64,000 nucleotides of DNA from Takakia lepidozioides. Its lineage: Eukaryota; Plantae; Bryophyta. The stretch covers positions 74,338,001 through 74,402,000 of the forward strand of contig CM060733.1 in NCBI GenBank assembly GCA_030704615.1, given 5' to 3'. Below, in pieces: positions 1 through 12,776 of this stretch. The notes under the pieces were generated by a model that was not told where the DNA came from, did no database searches, and saw only the letters and a list, made by a program, of their open reading frames with translations. Every line of letters starts with the position of its first letter. The stretch's first letter is position 1. The position numbers and the translations under genes are program-made.

Positions 1-419
1 TGACTGGTGGTAAAAGTTGTTTCAAAGAAGGGATAGAGAGAGATAGAATAGTCTAGCATCATTATGTATTAGTCATATAGTGCTTTCCCCAGCGAACGAA
101 CCTTAGAACTGATTAATCCTCTTTTAGGATTGATTTTAGATTTATCCTACTCTTATTCATAGTATGCTCATATGAGCATTGTTGGCGTCGCCAGTCATGT
201 AGAGGTCTGCTCATAGGAGCAAACATTTCCTTGCCATTACTTCCGACTGCAGGATGTGGGGAGTCTGTGCCGAATTCCCAGGCCCAGTGAGGGTGCTAAG
301 GAGTCTGTGCCTACTTATGTTGTTTCATTATGTATCATGTTGTACATCATGCTATATGCTGTTTCATTCTGTTTCACTTTGTATCATGGTAAACTTGTGT
401 GCTTGGGTAGTCTGTGCCG

Positions 420-1690
420 ATTACCTCTCCAACACCCCGGAGAATACAGAGATTGTGGATGCCGCACTGGATGCAAATCTGGCAGTATGCAAGACAAAAT
501 GGCACTCAAAGATTGCCAAGTATAGTTCAATATGTGATCCAACCCTTGGCGACGGGTTTCTTTTCGAGATAACAACATACTACAACAAGTTGCGCGCCCT
601 GGACAGAGCGGAGATGACTCTTGAGAAACCTCAGATGGTTGCCACTAGCCTCGTTTCTGCGGATGCGAAGATTGGGTGGTTGAAATTGTGGAATCTGCCG
701 CCAGCCAACAGGAATATCTTCCCGGTGTCACCAACGGCCAAGGAATTCAGTGATTGGGTGGACAAAGCCACTTAGTGGTGGCAAGCATTCTATTCTTCAC
801 CACATGAATATGCAGTTCTGGAAGTCGGCATAGACTTGCAATGGCTTTGCATCAAAATGTTAATAATCTGATTGTGTTGTGGATATTGGAGGGCCATGCT
901 GACAGTCCTTGTTGTTTGCAGCAAATGCAAGAGGTGGAGAGGGAACTGGGCTATCTTATCAGGGACAAGGTTTTGGCGGTGCGTCAGACGGACGACATGA
1001 AGGGATTGCTCAAGTGGATTGAGCATTTCATGGTCGAGTACTGGAACGAGCTTTTCCACTGCAAGATGGTGGAGGGCCCACGCAGGAGCTGGGGTGTCCT
1101 TGGCAGCCAGGGGGGATGCAGCCTACGCGTCGAGTGTCTATGTACAGGTATGACAATGCACACCCTGTGTTGTTTTTCTAGAGGTGGTAGTTGGGAAGTC
1201 TGCACAGATTTTCTGAGAGGATGCTGACTATGGCAAAAGTCTGTGCCAATTTCTGAATGTGCAATGCCTCACTTTTTTCAGGTACATCGACTTCTACCTT
1301 CCGCCCAACAAACACATTCAAGCTATTTCGGCAATGGTTTCTTAGTGGGCAGGTACACGGGCTGAATGCACCATGTACAATAGTAAGCAGATTACAGAGT
1401 ACGTGCAGTCCTCCCATTTGCAATGTTATTGGTGGTGGGACTGCCCACCCACCTTCATCCCTGTAGAGGAAGCAGAAGCATACAAGATGCTAGCTTCAGG
1501 TGAAGAAATACCACCCCCACCTGGACAACCCGCCAGCGAGACCACGAGGGCAGAAGCCCACAATGTCGCTGTCGCTCATCTTGAGCACACCACAGAGGCC
1601 CTTCTAGCAGAGGCGGCTTCCAAAAAGGGCCGCACCAGGAAGCAAAAGCCCAAGAAGGCACTTGAAGAGTCGGCGAGTAGTCATCTCTAG
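420..1690 (+). pseudogene. Decayed homolog of the central region of the MULE-borne ParB/MTase gene at 44546-49941
   Basis: SICDPTLGDGFL..EMTLEK..SLVSADAKIGWLKLWN..IFP..FSDWVDKAT*WWQ aligns by eye with RIADPGLGTEFL..EMTQEK..SMVDNATKIRWLEIWN..MFP..FDQWLQKATFWSQ (exon 4); SSHLQCYWWWDCP resembles RAHFRDCGWYLDLP (exon 6). Contains an in-frame stop. Confidence 0.7.
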
Positions 1691-1914
1691 CCAAACAGGC
1701 CAGAGCCCAGAGGGAGAAAAGCCAGGAGGGGGCGGATGAGACAGAGGACGTGCAGGTGGTGGAAGCCGAACAGGTTCAAGAGCATGGCAGAACGGGGATC
1801 ACCGAGCATTTGGATGGCATGGACCTAGCAAATGCACGGCGTGGCCCTAGCAGGAGTCTCGTTTTTCCTCAGGGGGTGGTCCTAGTTCGAGAGTACCCAA
1901 GTCAATGGGCAATA

Positions 1915-2780
1915 GATGCGATACTCTTTGTCGCAAGAAAATGCGCGCACATGCTCAGGTAGGATGGTAGAGAGAAGCACAACATCGAATGATTTTGCTT
2001 TGTATAAAACTTCTAGAGAACCTGGGATTAGGCGCATACTAAACTTCTTTGGTGGCATCCTCGATTCCTTGACGAATTCGAAAGGACAACAATATCATTG
2101 AAAAAATCCAAGAGCTTGAGAAAGCAGCTCAGAATCTAAAGGAGGAGAGAGATATACAAATGGGTTCTCCCTCCCCTCGAATGCCAACTCGCGCACATGC
2201 TCAAGTAGGATGGTAGAGATAAACACAACATTGGATGATTTCGCTTTGTGTAAAGCTTTGCCCTTATTTCAAGATCGTTGTTATTAGTTTTCAAGTTCGT
2301 TGTCTCCACTGTCCGGAGACAACGTTGATATCTAGATACATTAAATATCTTATAGAGAGCGTCGGATTAGGCATATACTAAACTTCTTTAGTGGCATGCT
2401 CGATTCCTTGACAAATTCGAATGGTTTTGTCACATAACGACGCAATTGCAATCCATGCAATACTCTTCGTCAAAGAAAAACGCGCGCACATGCTCAGGTA
2501 GATGGTACAGAGAAGCACAACATCGAATGATTTTGCTTTGTATAAAGCTTTGGCCTTAATTCAAAATGAACATCAAATCATCAAATCATCAATCATCTAT
2601 CATCAAATCATCAAACCATCAAATACAATAATGAAATAAAGTCAACTAATTATTTCTGGAGGAGCAAGATATTATTGCAAGACCATTGATCAAAGGTGCA
2701 ATACTCTTCGTCACAAATCAACTCAAGCACATGCTCAGGTATGATGGTAGAGAGAAGCACAACATCGGATGATTTTGCAA
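1915..2780. repeat. Four diverged local copies of a ~70-100 bp unit (GCACATGCTCAGGTAGGATGGTAGAGAGAAGCACAACATC..GATTTTGC)
   Basis: Copies near 1945, 2190, 2485 and 2728. Confidence 0.8.
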
Positions 2781-2871
2781 ACATCAAACATCAAACATCA
2801 AATGAACAGATCGTCAATTGATTAACGATTAACGATTAACGATCTAAAGGAATACTTCCATGATTTTAGAG

Positions 2872-3344
2872 TATTAGAGTATCCCATGTTAGAGATGCAA
2901 GAAAGACAAGAGAAGCGGCCTCACTCCAAGTTTTCAACACTCCGGATCAATGGATTCCCTAAGTGAAAAATGGATTGGAGCGAAAGAAGAACATTTTGTG
3001 AAATAACCGGTGGTTGCTGCGAAAGAAGAGCATTTTGTGAACGAGTTTGTTGCAGCGGAAGAACAGGTCGTCCCTGGACAAATAAATCACTACGGATAGA
3101 CACGAGCGAGCCAAGGGCCATAAATTACGCACATTTCAATATGTAAAGGTTGCTTGGTTACATTGCACTAATTTAAACGAGAATCGTCAAAAGGAGAGAA
3201 CAATGTTGGTTGAACAATGCTCACAACTGCAAACAGTTCCAAACTATCATTAGAGTATCCCATGTTAGAGATGCAAGAAAGACAAGAGAAGCGGCCTCAC
3301 TCCAAGTTTTCAACACTCCGGATCAATGGATTCCCTAAGTGAAA
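2872..3344. repeat. ~95-bp direct duplication (about 2872-2967 and 3249-3344)
   Basis: ATTAGAGTATCCCATGTTAGAGATG...TTCCCTAAGTGAAA occurs twice, identical by eye. Confidence 0.85.
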
Positions 3345-4109
3345 TTTGGCTTTATCCAAAGAAAGTCCTCTGAAATGCAATCATAAGAGCTTTACATTTT
3401 AGCAACATCCATCTGATGCTGGTCTTCAACTTCTCTTTTTTGTTCCTAAGCGATAACCGAGAACGTAATTGAGTGGATGCCTGATCCCTATGTGTCATTC
3501 CTGGATGTTTTTTTGGGGTTTGAAAATTCTTGACCACCTCAGGCCTGGGTGAAGTACAATCAAATGATGGCATTAACGACCGAAGCAATTAGTGATGTTC
3601 ATGTAGACCAATTGTAAATTGGCCTCTCTTGCATCATATTTAATTCACATTCTTTCCCTCCACAAAACCACGTAGATACATTATGCTGGTCATAAATATA
3701 AGCTAAAAATATTTACGTACATGTTTGTAATGAGAGCATTTAAGTAATTGTCGGCTCCCTTTACTTGCACATGATGGGTGTAATTTACTGGATATCCCAT
3801 TCATATTTCCACCTCCATGTGATTTACATAGCGCAGAGTCTTGGTGCCATTATGCATCACTTGCTCCAGTTGCACGGCGTTGCTTTTGTGAGAGTTGTTT
3901 GACATACTCACCTAAGTCATAGCAGGCATCCATTGTGAGGAGACAACGTTGACATCTAGATACATCAGAGAACTTCTACAGAACCTCGGTGAGTCCTATC
4001 TCGAATGACATGATCCCCACCTAGAAGTGGTGTGTGCGTTGAACTGACAATCCTTTCGAAGTTTGGAAGGATCTAGTAGACCTGTGGTTTCACATGATTC
4101 TTTTTTTTC

Positions 4110-5710
4110 CCATTCTCAAGCCATATGCTTAATGACGGCGTGTGCAATGTGCGTGCAAAATTTGGCAGTGAACAAAAGTCATCTGGACCCAAAACCATAT
4201 TTTCCTCTCCAAGGTTGAGTTTTCTTCAACTTCATGCAGGGCCTACGACGTCGGGGGTGAATATATCTTCTTGATGCTCGTCATTTGCAACTTTGCATAT
4301 GTGATCTGAACATACTTAAGCACATGTGGACCAAATATGAGCTTGAACCATGTTTAGTCAATGGGTCATTCGAGATTTCAACGAAACTACTTGTTGTGGA
4401 GACTAAATATTGCGTTTCGTCTGCACACAATTTTTTTTTAATTCCAGTTTCAAGCCATATGCTTAATGACAGCATATGCAATGTACATGCAAAATTTGGG
4501 AGTAAACAAAAGTCATTTGGACCCAAAACCGTATTTTCTTCCCTCATTTGTACTCCAAAGTTAACTTCTCTACAACTTCATGCACTCTTCATAAAGAGTC
4601 TAAAAAAGTAAGCAAAGATTTTTTTTGTTGTTGTTGTTGTTTTTTTTTTTTTTTTTTTTTGTCCAATATTTTGCACTAATGTAGTGGTGCAAGGGTTGAA
4701 TTCACAATTTTTTTTAGTAAAAACAAAAATCATTACGTACCAGAAATCCCCAATCCTAGACCACCAGGCTAGAGGGTACTGCGACGTTCCGGCGACGTGC
4801 GGGAGTCGCAACGTCACCATTTCCCCTTGGACGCCCAGCTCGACGGGGTATTGCGATGTCCAGTCGTCGCTAGCACGGCCTAGCGACACTCCAGCTTGCA
4901 GCGACGTGGGGAGTCGCAAGGATGCCATTTCCCCTTGGCCCACGCTACCTCGCGGGGGTTGCGACTACTAGAAGTCGCCCGTCAGCGGTAATGCGACGGG
5001 CCTGCGACGTCCAAGAGTCGCAGAGAGGCCCTGTTTAGTGTCTCTTTGCAAAGGTCATGGCAGAGGCCAAGGTCAATTGACCCCTTCTTCCAATCTTTAT
5101 AGTGCTCCTTCTCTCCTGCTATATAACAGGGCCAGAGTTCTTTCTACCACCATTGGTGCCGATCCCAACAAACTTGACGGCCGCCGCCACATCCTCCTCC
5201 TCATCCCCTCAGGTGGGATGATGATTTTTTGCACATGTACATGATTTTGCTTTATTGGGTTCCCAAGCCATATGCTTGATGACAACGTGTGCAATGCGTG
5301 TGCAAAACTTGGGAGTGAACAAAAATCATTTGGACTGAAAACCATATTTTCTTCCCTCATTTGCACTCCCCAAGTTGAGTTATTTTCAACTTCATGCACT
5401 CTCCATAGAGAGTTCCGCAATAGTGAGTGAAGGAAACTCTTTGTTTTTTTTTCATTTTTGTTTAGTCCAAATTTTTTCATGGATGTAGTGGTGTGGGGTT
5501 TTCATTCACAGAACAAAATAGAGCTAAAAAAAAAATCATTACCTAGGAAAATCCCGCAATCATAGATATTGTAAATGCAAGGGGTTGCGACCTCCAGGGG
5601 TCGCCTTGCGACGGCATTGCAATGCCCCAGCTTGCGACGGCGGAGAATCGCAATATCACATTTTTTGTGTCTTTGCAAAGGTCATGGCAGAGGCCAAGCT
5701 GAATGGATCC
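4110..5710. mobile_element. CACTA-like terminal/subterminal remnants and a dispersed repeat shared with 54400-54900
   Basis: GCGAC/GTCGC-rich subterminal repeats at 4770-5030 end in TAGTG at 5036-5040. The unit CAAGCCATATGCTTAATGA..CAACTTCATGCA recurs at ~4117, ~4451, ~5263 and ~54584. Confidence 0.5.
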
Positions 5711-7200
5711 ATTGTTGCAAATCTTTTTAGTCCTCCTTCTGTCCTACAATATAACATGTCTATCTTGCATGTGGGAGACCGTGATCAACCCGGGCGGCCT
5801 TATTGTTAAAGACAAAGGGCAGGGAGAGGGGGTGGGGGCACTAGGAAAGGAAAATAGAAGGGCCATGGGATTAGAGGGTTGAGGGTAGATTGTTTTGGCA
5901 ATGGCTTTGGCAACATTGTTGTCTTTCATACCAATTTCGAAGATTCTTTTTGTTGCATCGAGATCATGGTAACCAAATCGATTGAAGGGTCCCTGTGAGG
6001 GATCACCGGGTGCTTGTACACAGGTCAGGAAATGAAAACTGGGCAATCCTACCCATCTTTGCGTGTGCTGACTGGCCCGTCAATCCTAAGGAGGATAGCA
6101 GCTCATGAAATATCGAGTAAAGCTTCGGCAACATTTCTCAAATTAGAAGCTCAATGTCCTCAGGTACACAGCCAGGACATGAATGGCTATTCGGTTCCAT
6201 GGTCGCTTACATGCTTGTGAAACCAGGGGCCTAGCCCTAGCTCAGATAGGTCATACAAGGCAGTCTTCAGGGTCATCCTCTTCAGCCACTGCATCCAGTC
6301 CTTACCATCCCACTAGCTACCAGTCCAGGCCTCTCAACAAACTTTCAGTAGGAGGAGCGAGGTTTCCTAAAACAACGCAATCTATGTCCATGATCCTGCC
6401 ACCTTTTAATCCGCCACCAGAGGTCATCCTCAGAAACAATGCTACAAATTGGTGGGATCTCAGGATGATAGAATCAATAAACACGGGGACCTGAACAACA
6501 GCTCTCCACCAAACAGAGATCCATAACTCCCACTGCCTTCAATGCCAGTTGGATTTGAGGACCTGGGATCATTAAGGGTCAATGTTGTGGAGAACATTGA
6601 TGGGAGCCACTACTTTCCTTTATGTTCGTGCACGCTATATGTCATTTCAAGGCATGTTGCCACAATTTGACGCTCTTTCAACCACTAAGTCAAAAGGGAC
6701 CAGAATTTCTCTTCTGATTCCCTGCCTAATCCGAAATCTGGAGCAGATATGGCAACTTTTGATTCATTGCAATAGCACAAGCCTTCAGCTATGAGGACCT
6801 TACTTAGCAGCATAGCTGCATGTGGAACTCCATCTTCATACAACATATACCGGCAATCATTGAAGGAACATATGAATGCCACTGAGAGTAAGACCCTTGT
6901 AAGAAATGCTACAGGAGATGGTAGATGAATACATTCTCATTCATCGTACCATAATCTCAACCAGAGATAACACGAAATTCACTTGAGGTGCACCCTCTCA
7001 AGTCCCAGACAGTGTTTCCTTAAAATTTGAAATGATTGGTTGTCCGGGTAGGAGGAGTTTTTTATACAAATGCTTCCCCAGCAGTTGCAGCAGGGAAACT
7101 CTAGGAAACGCTCACCAGATATATGAGCCTTGTCACCAGATCCCCAAAACTTAACAGTCAGATTTGCTGACAAAAAACTCGTAGCAAGTGTGATAATTAC

Positions 7201-8041
7201 TTGGAATTCTCCATTCGGGTCATTCAGCAATGCTGGGAGCTGTGAAAGACAAATCTCTGCTGCCATGTCCCACGCGTGCCTGTACCAGCAACCATTCTAT
7301 GAAATAGATCATTGATCTCCTCTATATCTCTCAATTTTCTCTCACTCCCTCCAGAGGCAGTTTTAGTGACAATCACTTCCATCATCTCTAAACGTCTGGT
7401 GTTGAAGTCAACACTCCTCATACACACATCCATGGATGTCAAAAAACTTTTCTCCGAATAACCATCTTTTGGAATACTCATAATCATACATACTAACTCT
7501 GGCCATGACAGAGTAGTGCTGACCTGAAACCAGAGATAAATAGCAATAACATCAGATGCATGCAAGCAACAAATAGAAATCGGGGTAAAGCATAAAACCA
7601 AATCCATATGCAGCTAGCCAAGGATAGCAAACAGGAGAGTAGATTAGTGCATCCTCATCCTCCTCTAGGACACTAGGTGTAGCATCAATCTCGGGATATA
7701 AGTGAGACAACTTTCTCGAAGCTCACACACACAGTTGACATGTGACTATACATTGATTAGAGAAAACTGAAAGACAGAAGTCCCCAGGAGGAGAATACAT
7801 ACATGGGGAACATCACTAACATACCAACACATCCAATTATAATTATTATACCTGCAAAAGAAGAAGGGAAAGAAAGATAGGGCGCCAGACACATACCACA
7901 TGGGATGCTGATGTGTGGGGGGTAAGCGAGGATATGACTGCGGAGAGCAATTGGCGGATCTCATCATGCGCTCTGCCAACAAGAAGTTGCGAAACAAGCT
8001 GGCAACAAGTAGATCTTGCCGAAACAAGCGCTGAAACAACT
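7201..8041 (-). pseudogene. RAPTOR: RAPTOR (TORC1 subunit) gene fragment, two exons 8041-7897 and 7279-7201
   Basis: The GT-AG spliced product reads [74 protein letters not shown], the conserved plant RAPTOR segment. Neighbouring exons were not found in the window, so functional status is uncertain. Confidence 0.85.
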
Positions 8042-8929
8042 CTGCACCATCCACAATGCATCATTCCTACATGCTTTGAAAGCTAAGAGCCCAAACAGCT
8101 CTAATATGCAGGCACCAGATTTACAGAGTTACTGGAACATTTAAATTAGGTAGCCCCTACTATCCAGGGCCACATTTGACCTGAACTCTGTAGCTCCCCA
8201 AGCTCCCAATTCACCAGGACAAGTCCACCCGTTGTGAACTACAGGGTACCAGCCTTCTAATATGTGCACCCTTATTGATGTATTGTAGAGTTATGTCGCG
8301 CGGCTTTTACTCACCCATCCCTTCGCTATCCGAGGCGGAAACTCCAAGATAGAAGAGTTGGAAATCTCTAAGTACTCAGCCCGCTCAGAACAATCAGTCA
8401 TGACCTACAGCTAGTGTATCATGGGGGTGTTTCCTATTTGTTTTCCTTTCCGCATTCGTGTTAGCTACCTGGCTATTGATAATTAAGTATCAGTTTGCTT
8501 CATCAATCTATCGGATTCTATCAACTCATCCATTCATTCCACAGCTTCACTCAGATCTCTCTACACAGTGTGATTGTATTGTATAAGTATCAGATTATGA
8601 TTTATCAGGTATCAGGCCGAAGCCATTGTGTCTCTAATCTGCTCTACAATATCACTACAGCTTTGCATATAACAAGCATCTACTAATCATCTCTCCTCCT
8701 TCACCGTGCTCTCCATCTTTGCTTCCGTTCTTACTCTCCGCCCGATCCCCTCTCATGCATGACCAAGAAGTCCTCCCCGTGAAGTGCTTGCTCCCCGTTT
8801 TATCTTCCTACCCGTTGTTCTTAACCGCTTCCCTCACTAACCGTCGTCCGTGAACTAACATGTTCCCTTCGCAGGTGTTGTTCCCCACAGTCGTTCCCTG
8901 TCCTGCTATCCTTTCCCTATGGTCGTGAC

Positions 8930-9190
8930 AGCTGTGTCAAGCTGTGACTGGCTGTGTGAAACTGTGACCGGTTGTGACCGGTTGTGTCGGGCTGTGACTG
9001 GCTGTGCGACTGTGTTTGGCTGTGTCGGGCTGTTACTGGCTGTGTGGCTGTGACGGCTGTGACGGGCTGTGTTGGCTGTGATGGGTTGTGTTTGGCTGTG
9101 TCGGGCTGTTACTGGCTGTGTGGCTGTGACGGGCTGTGTTGGCTGTGATGGGCTGTGTCGGGCTGTGTGAAGCTGTGACGGGCTGTGTTA
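8930..9190. repeat. GGCTGTG-based short tandem repeat inside the LTR
   Basis: Visible run of roughly 10-bp GGCTGTGnnn units. Confidence 0.9.
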
Positions 9191-9962
9191 CCCCCTTCTA
9201 AAGTGCGCTGTTGTCACCCCTAAGGCTCCTGTTGGTCTCAGTCTGTGCAAAAATTAAGGGTACCCTACAGATCCCGTATAAGTGTCTAAGTCCCAGACAG
9301 TCCTCTAACATTACCCCTTCCCCTCTCAAAAAGCCGTGTCCTCACGGTTTACTGATTGCGATTAGCAAACCTTTGTGAGTGAGCACCTTTCTAACGTTGA
9401 GAGTTTCGTGGCGGACTGTGTGTACGAGCCCGAGGTCTGTCACTGGTTGACGGAGATGTTTGAACACTACCCGGATAAGTGAGGCCCTCTGGAGGCTGAT
9501 ATCGAGGTAACCTTTCAGGCATAGGAGACCCCCGTCGCTTCTTCTCTGCCATCTGAATTGCATAGTCTTTTCCCATGTCAAAAGAATCCGCTGAAGAAAC
9601 AGTTGTATCAGAATCCTCATCGCCTCTCAGGTGTTTTAATTGTCGAACTTTTTGTGGAATCCTCTGGGGCATACAACTATGTCTGGAAGTTTATATTTTA
9701 AAACTTGTTGTAAACGCTGAACAGCAAAATTGGTGAAGACACTGAGCTCCTTGTCTGTCCAGGTGAGTGGGGTACCAATTACTTGTGCACCGTGCAAGTA
9801 TTTCCATGCCACATGTCCCTAATAGAAAATATCATCAATGCCGAATTTCTGTGTCGACAAATTGTTCCAGGCCGCTTGAAACCATGAACGAATTTGAGAA
9901 TCCTTTTGCATCATAACTTTTGCCTCATATAGGTACATATGAGGTGGCACTGAAGGTAAGAC

Positions 9963-11876
9963 CTAATGATCCCCACTGGAATAACTCAGAAAGCGCGATT
10001 GCATCTTGTGCTGCTCAATGTGATAACGTACCAGAAAACAAGCAGCGTAGTATAACCCGCATCCCATGACAATACTTGCTACCTCCTTGGTCTTGGTATA
10101 AATGAATCCATGTACAACTTGAAAGGCAATTAATTCCTTCAACATTGTACTTGCCTCATGCCAGTATTGTGCAAAGTGATGATCCTCAATTGGTCGATTG
10201 TTCGGAAGAACTTTAGTCCTAGTTGCCACTGGCAGCCAAATGCGCATGATTTGGTAGTAATGTGCGAATGACTGCGGAGGACTAAATTCTTTCCAAGCCA
10301 AATCCAACATGATGGGAATTTGGTTGAAGGGCATAATCATAGCCCTACTGTACTCTCTTGCAGCTGGAGTTTTAGGTGGGTTAAAAGCAGCATTACCCCA
10401 TACCTCCGGCTGTGGTGGCTGTGGTGTGGTTGTAGTAACAACAGGTTCAGCTACTGGTACAGTGACTTGTTGTGGTGTTGGTGGTACTGGCTCTTGCATC
10501 ATTGGCATCTCCTGCACCTCCTGTGAAGAAGACTGAAAAGCCAAAGTTCTGGCTTGTAAATAAGAAGCCATTAACTGTTCCTCAGGTATATAGGCTCTTT
10601 TTTCGATATTTGAAGTGAGGTCTTCCACTTGAGTCTGCAGTCCGTCTACATCCTCCTGTAACTCCGCTATCCTACTATAGACATTGTCTATAGTAGTTGT
10701 GGCAATGTTCTGCACTTGCAGTCTGAGCTCATTCATCTCGCTTTGGGTGAGCTTTCGTGGTGCTTTGCCCTCCACTGGGCCTTGTGCTAACCAGACCTGC
10801 ATAAGGTGGTTATCCACCAAGTTGCTTGTGGTTCCTCTGAGAGTGTGCTCCTCTCTTAGTTTGTATACATCTAATTGCTGTTGTAAAGCCTCCATGCGCT
10901 TCGCATGAGGTTCAACCAAATTCGCATAGGCAGCAAGTAGATTATTGGCTTCCTTCCAAGCCTTGTTAGTGACCGAGATTTCATTTCTATTGGCCATGAT
11001 CGTTTGTTGCAACTCCAGGATGTGCTTCTCTTGATCAGCTTCAATCTGTCTGTATTGCTTGAAAGTATCCTCATTGCGACAGATTGTATTCTTCATATCG
11101 ACAATGAGTTTCATTTGCTCAACATTCTCTGCTTCTGCCTTCATACTTTTTTCTGCTTGACTGTTTATTTCTTTTGTAGTTTGGTCAAGTATAGTTGTGA
11201 GTGTAGCACATTGTATGGCCATCCTGTCATGCACTGTCTGCAACTCCGTATGTAGTGCATTCACTTCTTGTAACTTGCTTTCATGCTGCACCTGCATTTG
11301 GTATAGCTGTTGCTTATGTGCTTCGTGCAACTGGTCTTGCGCGAGGCCTGCCTCAATCAATTGTTCCTTGGCCAATTGCAAAGCCGCTTCTGTATTCTCC
11401 AAGTCTTGCTGCATCTTGAGAGTGACCTCCTCATCGACCTTGTTTGCACACTCAGTGGCTAGTCGAGCCTCAAACTCCTTCTTGAGTTCCTCTCTCAAGG
11501 CTGTCAATTGGATAGTTGGAACATGGGATTTGACATAAGTCCCCAACAAATTAAGTGTCCTGCCTATGGAACTCATCAGCATTGCCTGTTGAGGGTCATC
11601 ATGGTGAGGTTGCTGCTGTTCCTCCTGATCCTCAACCGTGTGATGTCTCACGAACCACTCAGGCCATTGTCCCACCGGATTTTCTTCCTGAACCACTTCA
11701 TCCATCACCGGTGCTGCAGTGTCTTGACATTCTACCTGTGGTACCTCCGACACAGGTGTGTGTATTATATGCACCTCAGGATTTCCCTTGGGCAATTGTT
11801 GCACCTCTGGAATCTCTGTCTCCTTGACCAGACCAGAATATTCATAGAGAAGGTCCCCCTTCTCAATTTCTGCCAC
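9963..11876 (-). CDS. Retrotransposon accessory ORF (637 aa, coiled-coil, Q/E-rich) between integrase and the 3' LTR
   Basis: Long open frame rich in E/Q/L/K, in the position of env-like/extra ORFs; no domain recognised. Confidence 0.55.
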   Translation of the reverse strand: MAEIEKGDLLYEYSGLVKETEIPEVQQLPKGNPEVHIIHTPVSEVPQVECQDTAAPVMDEVVQEENPVGQWPEWFVRHHTVEDQEEQQQPHHDDPQQAMLMSSIGRTLNLLGTYVKSHVPTIQLTALREELKKEFEARLATECANKVDEEVTLKMQQDLENTEAALQLAKEQLIEAGLAQDQLHEAHKQQLYQMQVQHESKLQEVNALHTELQTVHDRMAIQCATLTTILDQTTKEINSQAEKSMKAEAENVEQMKLIVDMKNTICRNEDTFKQYRQIEADQEKHILELQQTIMANRNEISVTNKAWKEANNLLAAYANLVEPHAKRMEALQQQLDVYKLREEHTLRGTTSNLVDNHLMQVWLAQGPVEGKAPRKLTQSEMNELRLQVQNIATTTIDNVYSRIAELQEDVDGLQTQVEDLTSNIEKRAYIPEEQLMASYLQARTLAFQSSSQEVQEMPMMQEPVPPTPQQVTVPVAEPVVTTTTPQPPQPEVWGNAAFNPPKTPAAREYSRAMIMPFNQIPIMLDLAWKEFSPPQSFAHYYQIMRIWLPVATRTKVLPNNRPIEDHHFAQYWHEASTMLKELIAFQVVHGFIYTKTKEVASIVMGCGLYYAACFLVRYHIEQHKMQSRFLSYSSGDH

Positions 11877-12152
11877 TATCTATTCTGTAGTTGGAATATC
11901 TAACCCTTCTTTTTCCAAATCAATTATTTCTGGTTGAGCTGCATGGACAACTTGTAACCTTGTGACAAGCCGATCATCTGGCTGTGATGGCTGTGATACT
12001 GAAGTGACTTCCTCTTCCCTCTCTGAAGGTCCTGCTTCTAGTAATAGCAGTTCTCTGTGCTGCTGTGCCCCTTCCTACACAAAAACTTGGGAAACATTAT
12101 CATGCGGATTCCGTGAAGCCAGTGGATCCGCCACTACAGTCTTTCCGCGCCT

Positions 12153-12776
12153 CTATCTCTTATTCTCGTGTTGTCCTGCCATTCCACCCTCACTGTGTGA
12201 AGAGCCTTGCTCTTCTATTGCAGTGGTTTCTGGCTCAAACACTCCCATCTCCTTTCTTTTTCGAGCATCAAGGATGCCAGAATCAAGAATTATTTGAGCA
12301 ATGATTGGGCCAGACACTATGATAGGAGACTTTGCGGCAGTACCATGTAATCTTTTCATCTCCTCTACCAGTGCGTTGTACATTATGTCCGCCCATTCTA
12401 CCTCTTCTCCTCTCAGGGCTTTGAGTATTTTCTCTGTGAAGGATCTGCTCAAATACTGTTGGTTCTGTTTCATGGCAAACAGAACGTTCAATACCTGGCC
12501 TACCTCCTTAAGCCCTGGGTACACGGCCTTGGTACAAGCATAACCCTGAGTTTTAAAGAAACTCCCTTCTTGGAATAAGTCCCCTATTTGCAGTCTTGCC
12601 CTGTGCTCCTCCACATGCACCTGGCCTGCTGGCAATCGAAACAATTGCTGTAGGTATAGGGGAGTAATTACTAATTCAACTCCCTTCACCGTTGTTGCTC
12701 CCGTCCTTGGCTCAAAGTTCTGTAAGAATTGTAACATGTACTGTCTATGGTGCAATGTCCAATCTTTGCTTTGCAA
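12153..12776 (-). CDS. Retrotransposon accessory ORF (207 aa), possibly the N-terminal part of the 9963-11876 protein
   Basis: FL.NFE....VKGVELVITP..LQQLFRLP resembles extra-ORF domains of plant gypsy elements; frame is broken downstream. Confidence 0.45.
   Translation of the reverse strand: MQSKDWTLHHRQYMLQFLQNFEPRTGATTVKGVELVITPLYLQQLFRLPAGQVHVEEHRARLQIGDLFQEGSFFKTQGYACTKAVYPGLKEVGQVLNVLFAMKQNQQYLSRSFTEKILKALRGEEVEWADIMYNALVEEMKRLHGTAAKSPIIVSGPIIAQIILDSGILDARKRKEMGVFEPETTAIEEQGSSHSEGGMAGQHENKR

Noticed and set aside
5810-6900. Possible LINE 3' remnant
   Set aside because: Only a vague resemblance; no diagnostic RT or endonuclease motif could be read.
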